Origin: Azolla caroliniana | Lineage: Eukaryota; Plantae; Polypodiophyta | Assembly (NCBI GenBank): GCA_043228905.1 | Contig: JBHGNT010000003.1 | Coordinates: forward strand, 23,188,001 to 23,252,000 | DNA: 64,000 nt | Reading direction: 5' to 3' | Part shown: in pieces, positions 36,154 to 50,146 of the stretch | How positions within the stretch are numbered: the first letter of the stretch is position 1 | Layout of the letters: every line of letters starts with the position of its first letter | Notes under the pieces: model-generated | What the model was told of the DNA's origin: nothing | Seen by the model: the letters and a program-made list of their open reading frames with translations, nothing else | The model's database searches: none | Made by a program: the position numbers and the translations under genes

Positions 36154-39100
36154 ACAGAAGATTTCCGCGGCCAGCACAACCACAAGAAAGCTTCAACTCC
36201 GCCAAGAGGTGAATAATATCCAACAAAGGGATATGTCGATCACAACCTACACCTTGAAGATCAAGGAGTTTTGTGACTCGCTTGGCTCAATAAGCATCAA
36301 TGTGGACGATGATGAGATGGTTCAAATATGCCTCAATGGCCTTGCACCACAGTTTGGCGTGATGAGGACCACCATACTAGCATGGGAGAATCATCCCTCT
36401 TTCTTCGATCTTCAATCCATGTTGTTGGTTGAAGCATAGTACGAACCATACGTACCATATGTGCATTCGCATTCGTGAATGTTTCAATCATTCGCGTAAG
36501 GAAAACACCCTCAAAGAATGATAAATACCATACTTTTGGATTAACTATTTATTATGAGGTAAATAAGCCAAAAAAATGGAAAAAAACAAAAAAATAACAT
36601 TTAAAAAATGGGAAAAAAACAAAACATAACTGTACAAGAATGTTTAAATAACATTCACATTCGGTTTCCAACATAGGAAAATAAATGTTATGCTAGACAA
36701 ACACGAATTTTACGTACTATGGGTTGAAGAAAACCATGTTCGAACAAGGAGCAATGCCTCGGAATGCCACATGCTCTACACGCATTTGAAGGGAGGAAGA
36801 GGATGTGGCCGAGCGAGAGGCCGATTCGGCCAAGGACGAGGCCCGAATTACGAAAACAACTCACAATTTCGGCGGCAATACGAAAGCCATCGAGGAACCT
36901 TCAGAAGAAGAGGGAGCTTCCATTCTGGTCCGAGCCAACAAACCTCAATCAAATGCATACATGGAAAAATCAGCCATCCCAAAGAAGAGTGCCGAAAGAA
37001 GAAGCGTGAGTCGGCTTCCACAAGCCGACAACTCACCAATTACGCCACCAACTCCGACTATGACAATCGTGACGGAATGTTCGCGATGAGACATAGAGAA
37101 AATTCTATGGTGGCTTCAACTTCGAATGGTGCTGCTATTTCAGAAGATATATGGTTCATCGACTCCAGTGCCTCGAACCATATGATGCCTCATCAAGAAT
37201 GGTTCTGAGATCTTCGAGAGTTGGACCAACCTGGCTATGTTGAAACCGGAGACGACACTACTCATTTGATTCGGCACATTGGTAATGTTGTATTCGGCAA
37301 AGAAGGTAACCAAACTTATATTAAGAATGTCTTGCATGTACCAACCATTATGAAGAATTTGGTCTGCATTGGCCAAATTATTGAACAAGGGATGCAAGTT
37401 CAGTTTAATCAAGGCAGTTGCTTCATTGAGAAAGAGGGTTGATTCATCGCTCGCCTAACGAAGAGAGGACCGAATGTTCATTCTCGACTTGCACGAGATG
37501 AAATTGACCATGTTTTCAAAAGGCACCAAAGCCGACACAGACATAGAGTTGTGGCACAAGAGGATTGTCCACATCAACCTCCAAAAGCTCAAGGCAATGC
37601 AATCGAAAGGAGTCGTCCTTAGACTCTCCACTTTCAAAGAGAAAGAGATTGAAGGCATATGCCTGCTAATTCGGCAAGCAACATCGACACCCGTTTCCGA
37701 AGGAGAGGAACGTGAGCAAAGTCATACTCGACGTAATTCATTCCGATGTATAGGGACCAGCTCAAACGGCTGCATTCGGCGGATGCCGATACTACGTGGG
37801 CTTCATCAACGACTTCTCCAGGCACATCTAGATCTACCCCATGCGGCAAAAGAACGAAGTGTTCGGACACCTCAAAAAAATTCAAGAGTGGAGTCGAGAA
37901 GGAAACAGGTCAACATGTACGATGGATTTGGTCTAATGGAGGAAAAGAGTACCTCTCCAACGAATTTTCAGCATTTCTTCGGAAAGCCGGACTTCGGCGA
38001 GAGTTTTCTTGTCTACATACGCCACAATATAATGGAGTAGCCAAACGAAAGAATCAGCACATCCTCGAAGTAACATGGGCCATGCTTCACGAGAAGCACA
38101 TGGCGAAGTCGTATTGGGCAGAAGCCGCCAACATAGCTGTCTACCTAATGAACCGGTGTACAACATTCGGCGTGCATGAGGTTAACCTACACGAGAAGTT
38201 TTCCAAAAAGATGCTTGATCTATCACATGTTTGAATATTCGGCCCCATTGCATATGTGCACATCCCTGATGAGAAGCGACAAAAGCTTGACTCGAAGTCG
38301 GAGAAATGTATCCTCATAGGATAGTCACTGGTCAAAAGGGGTACAAGTGTTATAACCCCTTGACTTGGAAGGTTCATGTGAGTCCAGATGTAGTCTTCGA
38401 CGAATCGACATCATGGTACGAACCCGAGCCGACTCCTCCCGAATCATTTCCAGTCAACTTGGAATCCGTTGAACAAGAAATAGAAGATGGAGATAGACTC
38501 GAACACATGTTTAAAGAATGTTCGATTACAACAAGGCTAAGTGGGCCTCAAGATCCCCCGAGTGACCAAAGCACATCTTGGCCTAGTCCGAAGATGGACA
38601 AAGGCAAGGCGAAGATGCCGGATTATGAAGACGATCAATTCGATGGAAACGAATCGACTCACTCCCTCGACAATGAGTTCGGTGGCTTCAATGTACTTAT
38701 CATGAGGACACCTGGCGTAAAGAAATCCATTGCCACGGCCAATGAAAAACAATGTCCCTCCACTTGTGAGAAGAATCTTGTTAGCCGATTTGGCTACAAC
38801 GATTATATGGCATATCACTATGCCTTTATGATAAAGGTGGTGACAGTTTGAGAACCGGAAAGTTTTTCGGAAGCAGCCAAGGATCCATGATGGGTCGAAG
38901 CAATGAACGAGGAGATGCAGGAACTATGCAAGAACGAGACATGGGATCTCGTCCCCAACTCACCGCAGAAGAAGGCAATCTCCTGCAGATGGATTTACAA
39001 AGTGAAGTATGATGTTGACGGCTCCGTAAACCGCTACAAAGCTTGACTTGTGGCGAATGGATACACACAAACACATGGAGTCGACTATGGAAAGACCTTT

Positions 39101-41014
39101 GCCTTGGTGGCAAAGATGAGGACTGTGCGGACCGTAATTGCACTTGTAGCGACGAAAGGGTGCCACCTCCACTATATGGACGTCAAGAACGCCTTTCATC
39201 AAGGTGAATTAGAAGAGGAGGTATACATGGTACAACCACCCGACTTCGAATCTAGCATTTATCCAAAAGTTGTCTACCAACTCAAGAAGCCTCTCTACAG
39301 CCTTAAGCAAGCACCACGTGCTTGGCGTTCGAAGATAACGCACTATCTTCATCAAATCGGCTTTCGAATGTCGAAATCTGACGACTCCCTCTATGTACGA
39401 AACGACTCTAGAAGCCTAATTTTCATCATCCTATACGTGGATGATCTGGTTATTGGAGGTGAGCATTTAGTTGACATCAACAAGGTGAAGTCCCTCCTCT
39501 CCAAAAAATTTGAGATAACGGATGTGAAGGAGCTCCATTACTTCATTGGCATTGACATAATTCAGACTCCGGCCGGCATTATGATCTCTCAACGGCACTA
39601 CATCCTCAACTTCTTATACAAGTTCAGGATGACTGAGTGCAAATTTGTGGCAACCCCTCTCGATGGAAACCTCAAAATGGATGTTGACTCCAACACAAAA
39701 GAGTGTAAGCCGACTCAATATCGACAACTGATTGGGAGCCTCATCTATCTCACGGTCACTCGACCTGACCTCAGCCTCCTTAGCCAATTCATGCAAACTC
39801 TGCAGGATATTCATTTCGATTGTGCTAAGCGAGTGTTACGATACGTGAGTGAAATGATGGACTATGGAATTCTCTACACATCGGCCACACCAATTCGACT
39901 CGAAGTCTACACAAATGCCGATTGGGCCGGCTATAGAGCTGATCGATGATGGACCTCTGGATTTGTCTTCCCACTCGGCATGAGCAATATCGTGGAGTAG
40001 TAAGAAGCAGCCTACAGTCGCACTTTCGAGCATTGAGGCCGAATACAGGGGCGCAACCGTGGTTGTATGTGAAGTGCTATGGGTCAAGAGGATTTTGAAG
40101 GATCTTAGTGTTCCCATCAAGGATCCAACTCCCCTTTATTGCAACAACATGCATAGTATTTATTTGCCTCGGAACCTAGTGTTCCACGCACGCACAAAGC
40201 ATATCGAAGTGCACTATCACTTCATTCGAGAGCATGTACAAGCCAAACATGTCAACCTTCAACACATCAACACGAATCTTCATACAACCGACATCTTCAC
40301 CAAGGCCCTAGGAGCCGACAAGCTTTGGCAATTCATGTCAAACCTTGGATTGACAGTCCCTGACTTGCCAAGCTTGAGGGGGAGTACAAGAGAGAACCGG
40401 ACACCGTCTAAACCTGGTACCAACTAAAGCGGACACCGGAGATTGTTTGAATCGGATATGAGCCAAAGCAAACACTGGAGATCCTCCTGATCGGATATCA
40501 GCCGAAGCGGACATCAACCGAAAGGAACTGACCCGAGTTGAGCTTGCGGGGTGTGTTGAGAATCAAGCTTAACCTAGTGCAACATGTGAACACACCGTTT
40601 GATAATCTATGATCACTCAAGGTCAAGAGTCACACCACTACTCTCTACACATTAACTATGTGTCATAGAATCATATTCTATGACACATAACTAATGTGTT
40701 CCATATTCCCCATGACTATGAGTCTTCGCATTCCCCAAGAGAGAGTAGTTGTTGTAGTGAGTTAATGAAGAGAGAGGGTGAGCTTATATAAATCAACCTC
40801 CTCCTACTTCCTATTGTGTTGGTTGTGACTCCTTGTAATGCTACATTTTTGCATCTCATATTCTCCTTGTGAATATACATCTTTTTCTTTTTGAGTATTT
40901 CAATTCTCTGGCTTATCTATCTTGTGTTTCTCTTTTCTCATCTCTTTTCTCTCACACATACACACATAACTCATATCTCTTCCGCTACACAAGAATCATA
41001 TCAGATTCTTTACA
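36154..41014 (+). mobile_element. Degenerate Ty1/Copia element (same lineage as 11014-20700), 5' end missing
   Basis: Gag AASTTTRKLQLRQE, protease WFIDSSASNHM, integrase, RT YVDDLVI (39050-39949), RNase H HARTKHIEVHYHF; 3' LTR approximately 40554-41014. Confidence 0.88.
36435..36721. mobile_element. hAT-type MITE (287 bp)
   Basis: TIR CATAGTACG / CGTACTATG; perfect 8-bp TSD GGTTGAAG (36427-36434 / 36722-36729); AT-rich noncoding interior; removal restores the host LLVEENH. Confidence 0.9.
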
Positions 41015-42490
41015 AACCTTAAAACTAGGTCCCAAGAGTTAGTTTAACTGCCAACTAACTTAGGGTAACTGCCCTTTCCACTATTTACTGAAATAGCCTA
41101 AACCTAGTGTGTCCAATGGGAGAGTGTGAATATTGACCTGTATTCAACATTCCCCAGTAATGGGTGCATATTACAAAATCTGTAATGAAAGAGAATAAAC
41201 AAAGTTACAAATTTATACAAAGTTGTTAGACAAATCGACTTTGTTCGAATTGCAAAATTTGGGACCAGAAGGCCGGGTTGACTAGAGCAAGAGAAGATGA
41301 AACCTAATATTGAACTATCAATGTTGCGTGTCCGAAAATATCCTGAATCTTCGACTCAATTCGACTAATTTTCCATTACGCCCATTTCTTCCTCTAGGGA
41401 CCGGAATCGATCAGCCGAAAGACACTTGGTCATCCCATCTAAAATGATGCAGTCCTGAATGAAGTGATACCTCACATCTTTATGCTTCAAGGAATTGTGC
41501 TTGACCGGATTTCTTGATAGAGCGACAACACCCTGACTGTCACTATAGACAACTAGAGTCGAGTCGAAGTCGACTTGGGGAAACATGTGCACTAGCCGGC
41601 TGAGCCATAAGGCTTCTTTCCCCACATCAGACACAACTACATATTCGGCCTCGGTTGTTGATGTAGCAGTGCACTCTTGAAGTTTTGACTTCCATGAGAT
41701 TGCTGCATTTCCGAATTTAAAGCAATATTTGGTTGTCGATTTTTGACTATCCACACAGTCGACAAAGTCCAAGTCAGTATAATTGACTACGCCTGAAGAC
41801 TTTATCGTTCGGGCTAAATAGAATGCCATAGTCTTTTGTGCCCACCAAGTATCTGAACACATGCTTTACTATGTTCCAATGCAATAGTCCAGGATTGTGC
41901 ATAAATCGGCTGACGACTCCTATGACACGAGCAATGGTAGGCCGTGTCGCGACCATCACGTACATCAAGGAGCCGACTACCTGTGCATACGGTACCAACT
42001 TCATAGCTTGCCCCTTCGGATGGGAGGTTGGGCAGTCTCACTAAGACAACCTGCAACTAATTAGGAGCGGGGTCGAGGCAGATTTGGCCATTTGCATGTT
42101 GAAGCGTTCTAAAACATGCCCAATATAGCGGCTTGAGACAAAAACAATTGTTGTTGATTTCGAATCTGACTTATTTTCATCCCCAGAATGTGTCTTGAAG
42201 GACCGAGGTTCTTCATGGCAAACTTCAACCGCAGTTGCCGAAGAGTAGCATGTCGTCCACGTAAATGATGAGGAAGATGGGTGACCCATCTTGAGTTGTT
42301 TTGGTGAAGAGGCAATGGTCCTCATCGCTCTTGAAGAAACTGACGGATTGGATGATGTCGTCAAACTTCTTGTACCACTTTCGTGGTGCTTGCTTCAGGC
42401 CATATAGACCCTTGTTGACTCGGCAGACTAGATATTCCTGGTTGGATACCATGAACCCTTTCAACTGCTCCATATAAATTTCCTCCTCTA
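41015..42490 (-). mobile_element. Copia RT/RNase H relic with PPT and partial 3' LTR (LTR starts at 41149)
   Basis: Motifs LYGLKQAPRKWYKKFD, YVDDML and ISWKSKLQECTATSTTEAEY; GGGGAA precedes TGTTGAATA on the minus strand. Confidence 0.8.
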
Positions 42491-42759
42491 GGGGGGAAAC
42501 TATGTATTAAATGAAGGAAACAATAATAAAATCTAGTTATCTTATTGGTGATGTATCTTGTCTCTAAAATTGAAGTCAGGGGTTCAATCTCTCTCTCTCT
42601 CTCTCATAATTGGAATCTCTGTCTCTCACTCAATCTATCTGTATCCATCTTAAATACTTTCTTGCTAACGCTAGTACAACCTTCGAATCCTTCCGGTACA
42701 ACACCTCGATGGTTCCGCTTCATTTTGGGAACACACGAGGATTTCCTCGACATCTTTCT

Positions 42760-42777
42760 TGGTGAACCCGACGTGAA
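42760..42777 (+). promoter_or_regulatory. Primer binding site, tRNA-Trp
   Basis: Complementary over 18 nt to the plant tRNA-Trp 3' end (...UUCACGUCGGGUUCACCA), recalled from memory. Confidence 0.82.
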
Positions 42778-44345
42778 GAAGCCGTAGGAAGAATCAAGAA
42801 GAGGATCGACCAGTACTTGGAAATGGCATCCTCAAGCAATTAAGCGGGAGAGTTCGAAAGCATGATGGTAATCATCGAACAAATGATGAGATCTCGAGAC
42901 AATGATGCGAGCGTGGAGAAGGCTGTCGATCGTGTCATGAAGATCGAGGGTCAATTTGATGGAAGGAACATACGAAGTTCCTTGATGCACATATAAAAGG
43001 AAGATGAATGAAAGGGACATTTCTAAAGCGCGTCAATTCTCAAGTTTCAAGAGAGTTGTCGCCAACAACATCCAAAGACGGGTCATCGAGCTTCGAGAAG
43101 GGAAGACAAAGACAACATGGACTGAGTTCAAGAAAGAAATATTTGCAGAGATCATGACAGAAGATTTGTCGAGGATGACTCGACATGTCTTGATGAAGTG
43201 GATAGAGAAGAAGAATAAGTAGATGAGCACCTTGAGGGTGTACGACGAGTTCGACCAGATGTTTAGTCGTCTCCCCGCCACAGACCAAGTGCTACTTGAG
43301 GAGGACAAGACTTTGTACTTCCTAAAAGTTGTGGATATGAAGTATAGACGAGAAGTAGGGACTCTCTTGAAGATGACACCCAAGTGAACAGGCTGGTGAC
43401 AAACTGGATTGCGGTGAAGCGAGCGTGCAATAGGCTCGAGAATAAGAGTCGGGAAAAAGATAAAAATGAAGCTGCTAGAACAGGAACAAAATTTTGGTCT
43501 TCTGTTCTCGAGTGTAAGAAGAAGGTGAAAGTTACTTCGGTTGATGTAGAGCTTGCAGACCGAAGTGTACAAAGTATCACTGGATGGTCGGATCCGGTAG
43601 ATGACAACACCATACTCGTGGAAGTGATGTTTGACAACCACGAGGTGTTCATGGATGAAAAGAGTAAAAGAATGGAAGGGCAAGATAGCCCATCAAAAAG
43701 ACATGAAACAGGGAGGGTGAAAAAGGAAGAAGATGTAGAAACAAGTCGAACTTTACAAATGAAGGAAGACGATGTAGACTGAAGTCGGAAAGAGGAGTCA
43801 AGCAAACGTGTCGACGAAACAGTTCAGTTGATGAGAGTTGATGTAGAAGACCCTGCTTAGAAGACAACAACTATGCTGACCTATAAGTTAAGGTCAGATA
43901 TAGAACAGACGACAAATTCTGGAGGAATGTGTTCTTGATAGCCACGTGAACTTGTCCTTGAGGGAATTGCTCGGCATTAGGAAGGAGTTCCATGAAACGA
44001 TCGTGGACCTCATAAAAAGAAAAAAGGCAATAGTCAGTCAAGGAAGAAGAGAAGCCACTAAAAGCAAAAGCAAATGCTATAACGATAGCAAGGGATGAAG
44101 TCGATGAAGATATGGTGGACAACCACTATACTCAGCCTCATTGGGCATGAGCGATGACGGAGACGCCAATAAAGTTGGGAGAGAGAAAATAGACAATCAT
44201 AGATTGGATAGACCATGGGTCCAAGATCAACCTTATGTCGATTGCGGTCTACAAAAAGGGAAGATGGCCAATAAATATGAATCATGGGTGGAAGATCCAT
44301 GCGGCAACAAAAGCTACTGAAGACCTATATGGAGCATGTCCTAAT

Positions 44346-47300
44346 TGACAGGAACACACGCTCCCGATGAACAATGTCCTAAACACAGAAAAACGGGAAT
44401 GAATGCATGACACAATGGAGAGAAGAGAACAAAGGATGTTAACGTGGAAAAACCCAAAATAGGGAAAAAACCACTGCAGCCCACAGACTGCAAACTATCA
44501 CTATGTCAGAATGTACAAATGGTAAAGCACCGAAGCAACGACCTCGAGCTTTCTATCTTCGCCACAGGCGGCGGTTACAATAGAGGCAACGACCTCTTCC
44601 TCTCTCTCACTCTCTCTGTACACAGTTACACACTCTAATCTTGCGCCAACAAGAATGACAACAACTAACTAAAAGAGTTTGCTCATCAACGTTGTTCTTC
44701 TCACTTCCCATCCGGAGGGACTTGTTTCCTAACAAACTCCCCCTTCACTCTGGCATGGGATGTCGTACAAGTCCGATCCACTTCCGGCATGCATCCAGCT
44801 TGTCCAGTATCAGTACTTTGGTCAGCATATCTGACCCGTTCTCGGCTGTGTGGATCTTCGTCAGCGCGAACTCCTGGTCATCTACTCTTTCCCGGATCCA
44901 GTGATACCTTCGCTAGATATGCTTTGTCCGGGAATGGTAGGCCGCATTCTTAGCATGGTGGATGGCACTTTGACTATCGCAATAGAGCCGGTATTCATCT
45001 TGCCGGATACCGAGCTCTCCGATGAAGTCCTTCATCCATAATATTTCCTTGCCAGCTTCCACAGCCGCCATGTACTCCGCCATGACAACGCAACCGTCTT
45101 CTACAACCTCGACTGCCACAAAACAACTCCCCCTGCATATGTCATTACATACCCGGAAATAGATGAGTTGGTATTCACATCAGCCGACATGTCCGAATCG
45201 GTAAAACCGTCAAGTTGAGGTTTTCCGGAGACGAATCGGAGACACATATTTGAAGTGCCCTTCAAGTACCAGAGTATCCATTTGACCGCATTCCAGTGCT
45301 CCTTGCCGGGATTGCTCATAAACCGGCTCACCACTCCGACTGCGTATCCTATATCCGGTCGGGTACACACCATTGCGTACATCATGCTCCCGACGGCAGA
45401 GGCATATGGAACCTTCATCATATCAACCTTCTCTGCTTTCATCTTCGGGCTTTGCTTACTGGATAATCTGTAGTTTGTCGGGAGTGTCGATCCGACCGGT
45501 TTCGCTTCTAACATGTTGAATCGCTGAAGCACCTTTGTCACGTATTTCTCCTGTGACAACCACAATTGCTTCGTTGGCCGGTTCCGGATGATATGCATCC
45601 CCAACATCTGTCTTGCTGGACCCAAGTCTTTCATTACCAAAGTTCGGTTGAGAGCCTTCTTCAGCATCCGTATTCTAGCTTGTTCCCGTCCGACGATCAA
45701 CATGTCGTCCACGTACAAAAGGAGTATCAGGAAGTTGCCTCCTTCGAAATTCTTGACAAACACGCAGTGATCGGCCTGCATCTTGTGGTACCCTTGATCG
45801 GTCATGAAGGAGTCGAACTTCCGGTACCATTGTCGGGGAGCCTGCTTCAGTCCGTACAGGCTCTTCTTCAACCGGAAAACCAGATGCTCCTTCCCTTTCT
45901 CCACGAATCCTTCTGGTTGCTGCATGTAGATCTCCTCTTTGAGGTCGTCGTGAAGGAATGTTGTCTTCACGTCCAGCTGCTCTACCTTGAGGTCCATGCT
46001 TGCCGCTATACCCAGCACCGTCCGGATGGAGGTCATCTTTACTACCGGGGCAAATATCTCGTCGAAGTCCACGCCCTTCTTCTGTTGGAACCCCTTCACC
46101 ACGATCCTCGCTTTGTATCTAGGGGGGTTGCCGGCATCTCCCGGTTTCAACTTGTACACCCACTTGTTTCGGAGTGCTTGCTTTCCTTTTGGCAACTCCA
46201 CCAATTCGTATGTATGGTTCTCATGCAGGGAATCCATCTCATCCTACATGGCACTTAACCATTTGCGGCTGTGGGTGTCATCCTTCGCCTCTACGAAGCT
46301 TTCTGGCTCCCCCTCATCGGTTAGCAGCACATGCTCTGCTTTCGAAAATCTCCGGGGGGCCCTTCTCTCTCTGAGAGGATATCTCCGTCTTTGGGCTTCG
46401 GTAATCGGGCCCTCCATTTGCTCTTCATCCGAATCCGATTCGGGGTCATGGCTGGTTCCGGTTTCAGCTTCCTCTACTTCTTCTTCTGCCGGTTCGGTAT
46501 CCTCACCATAACCGGCTGGTTCCTCGAGTGCTAACCGGTGTCTTGCCGGTTGGGTCTACTCATCATAGAATCGGTCCTTACCGGTCGACTCGGAGTTCAT
46601 TATCTTCTTCGCCGACTCCCAGTCGGCGAGCGTCTTGTCCTCCATGAAGATAATATCTCGACTCCGGAATACCTTCTTGTCGACCGGGTCGCACACTCGG
46701 TAGCCGAACTCATCGTCGCCGTAACTGAGGAATATGCATGGCCTGGTCTTTGGATCCAACTTTCCTCTCCGGTCCTTAGCAACATGCACGTACGCAAGAC
46801 ACCCGAATACTTTCAGATGCCGGTAGGACACTTCCTTACCGGTCCACACTCTCTACGGCGTGTCTCTGTCCAAGGGTATGTTGGGAGACAGGTCCCTCCG
46901 GATGGGAAGGGAGAAGAATAGTGCCGATGAACGAACTCGGCCGAGGCCGAAACCGTATGAGGAGGACCCGGCTACGGAGAGCCGGATGATACAGACCCGG
47001 TGAAGACCAGATGAGTACTCGGCTACGGAGAGCCGGATGATACAGACCCGGTGAAGACCGAATGGGGAGTACCCGGCTACGGAGAGCCGGATGGTGCAGA
47101 CCTGGTATGAACCGGATGAAGAGACATATTAGTAAATATGTTTCTGAGAGTCCATCGAGGCTATATTTGTAAATAGCCGAAAAGTCATATTAGTATAAAT
47201 ATGACTTAGGGCAAACTAATATTGTAGTAGTTGTTGTCATTTTTCTTGTTGGTGCAAGAAGACGAGAGAGCGCGTAACTGTACAGAGAGAGAGAGAGAGA

Positions 47301-50146
47301 GAGCGAGGTCGTTGCCTCTGTTGTAACCGCCGCCTGTGGCGAAGATCGTGAGCACGAGGTCGTTGCCTCCGTGAACTCACTGTTTGTACATTCTTACATA
47401 GTGACAGTTTGCAGCCTATGGGCTGCCGTGGCTTTTTCCCCTAGGTTGGGGTTTTTTCCACGTAAACCTCCTGTGTACTTTCTCTCTTTTGTGTCATGCA
47501 CTTGTTTCCCGTTTTCTGCGTATGAAAAGGAGCTCGGTTGTGGCCGAGCGTTGGACATAAGGAGCGTTGAGTTCACGTCAGGGTATTGAGGGTGATCTGT
47601 TTATCACATATGTCGTCGTCGACAGTGCCTCAAGCCAAAACTTCTTGGGTAGTTTTGCATGCGCTAGCATACTCCGGACCCTCTCCATTATGGTCCTGTT
47701 CATCCTCTCGGCCAACCCGTTTAGTTCCGGCGTCTTCGGCACGGTAAATTCGAGCCGGATTCCCTTCGAGCAACAGTACTCCTCGAACTGCCCCCAGTAT
47801 TCACCTCCGTTATCTACTCGAACTGCCTTTAACTTCCGGCCGGTTTCTCTTTCCACTCTCGCGTCGAGCTCTTTGAAGACGGATAGCACCTGATCCTTCG
47901 TCTTCAACGGTGTGGTTCACAGCTTCCGGCTGTGGTCATCTATGAACGTCACGAAGTACTACGATCCTGCATGTGATTTCGTGTCCACTTGACACACATC
48001 AGTATGCACCAGCTCCAGTGGTGCATTACGTCTCATCGGTGGCCTTGGCCGGAAGGAGGTCCGGTTTTGCTTATCGGCCAAACAATCAGTGCACTTCTCC
48101 AAGTGCACGTTCTTCACTGGAATGAGGTTGTCGCCTCTTCATCCCCTTCTCGCTCATGTGACACAACCTCTTGTGCCACAGCTCACCGGCAGTGTCGGAT
48201 GCCACGTTCACTTCCTCCGGACATAACCGGGCATTCATCAGGTACAACGTGTTTACCTTCCGGGCTCGAGCCACAATCAGGCTCCCTTTGCTGAACTTCA
48301 TAACACCGTTCTGGATGCTACCCGTGTAGCCTTCATCATCTAGCCGACCGGCTGATATCAGGTTTAGACGAACCTCCGGAACGTGTCGGACATCCTTCAA
48401 TAGCAGCTTGCATCCGGTTGGTGTTGTCAGCCACACGTCTCCTGTGCTGACAATTCGGCATGTACCTTCATTCCCCATCCGGATACAACCGTGATCACCG
48501 GCTGAGTAGGATGAGAAGCATTTCCGGTCCGGGGTAAGGTGGAATGACGCTCCGGAGTCGACCACCCAGGTCATCTCATCGCCGGCAAGGTTTATCGCAC
48601 TCTCCTCAGTGATGAGCATCAACTCTTCTTCACTTGCCGCGATTGCCATCGTTCCCTTCCGGTCCGTTCCCCTCCGGTCTTTACCGTTCCGGTCCGGTGT
48701 CCGCTTCGAATCGGTACCATTGGTTTCCTTGTCTTTTCAGAAGTGCCGACAGTTCTTCTGGAAGTGTCCCGGCTTGCCGCAATAGAAGCAAGTAGGCCTC
48801 CCCCTTGACTTTGACTGTGTCCCCAACTTTTCCCGGTTCTGGGGCTACGATTCCTTTGTCTTCCGCGTTCCGATTCGGTAAGGAGCGCTTTGGAGTCGGA
48901 GTTCGTATCCTTATCTTTCCAACGCACCTCCTCATCTAGCAATCTCGACTTCCCTCTTGCGGCCCGGCGTTGCCCAAAGTGACAACCAATGTCTCCCAAC
49001 TATCTGGGAGGGAACCAAGCAGGAGTAGCGTTAGTACCTCATCGGCGAGAGCTATTTCCAATGATTTTGCCTAGTGGATCAGCCCCTAGAAGGCATTCAT
49101 GTGCTCCGCCATCTTGGTACCAGAGTCTCACTAGTTTTTGGAATACCGAAACCTGATTAACAACATTTTTGTTTTGAAACATAATGCCGATCTTCTCCCA
49201 GAGCTCATGAGCCTTGCTCTCTTCATTGAAGTTATTGTATAGACTCATGTCGATGAAGCACCGTATGTACGCCGTTGTCTTCATGTGCATCACCTCCCAT
49301 ATCGTGGCGTCGATTTTGTCCGGTCTCTTGTCCCCGAACTGAACTGGCAACCAAAGATCTTTAACCACGAGCATGTCCCTCATCTTCGACTTCCACACCG
49401 AATAGATGAGCTTGAACATGCCTCCCAACAAATTGTCCATTTTCTGTGTCATTTCGCTCTGATACCACTTTGACAGGAACACACGCTCCCGATGAACAAC
49501 GCTCGGCCACTACCGAGCTTAGAATCAAAACACAGAAAAATGGGAATGAATTCACGACACAATGGAGAGAAGAGAACACAGGATGTTAACGTGGAAAAAC
49601 CCAAAATAGGGAAAAAACCACGGCAGCCCACAGACTGCAAACTATCACTATGTCAGAATGTACAAATGGTAAAGCACCGGAGAACGACCTTGAGCTATCT
49701 ATCTTCGCCATAGGCGGCGGTTACAATAGAGGCAACGACCTCTTCCTCTCTCTCACTCTCTTTGTACACAGTTATGAGCTCTAATCTTGCGCAAGCAAGA
49801 ATGACAACAACTAACTAAAAGAGTTTGCCCTAAGTCATATTTATACTAATATGACTTTTCGGCTATTTACAAATATAGCCCCGATGGACTCTCAGGAAAC
49901 ATATTTATGACTATGTCCCTTCATCCGGTGAGCACTTCTCACCGGGCCTTCACCATCCAGCTCTTGCCGGGTACTCCTCATCCGGTTCTCACCGGGCCTT
50001 CCGTAGCTGGGTACTCCTCATCTGGTTCTCACCGGGTCTTCCGTAGCTGGGTACTCCTCATCCGGTTCTCACTGGGTCTTCCGTTGCCGGGTACTCCACA
50101 TCCGGATTCTTCTCACTTCCCATCCGGAGGGACTTGTTTCCTAACA
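44346..50146 (-). mobile_element. Degenerate Tork-like Copia element with divergent gag
   Basis: 5' LTR 49471-50146; internally deleted 3' LTR 44346-44734; TSD CTAAT / ATAAT; PBS-Met 49456-49467; pol fragments very similar to the intact elements. Confidence 0.9.
46879..47580 (+). mobile_element. Copia solo LTR (702 bp) inside the integrase of 44346-50146
   Basis: TG...CA termini; perfect TSD GGGTA (46874-46878 / 47581-47585); three ~50-bp U3 tandem repeats. Confidence 0.93.
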
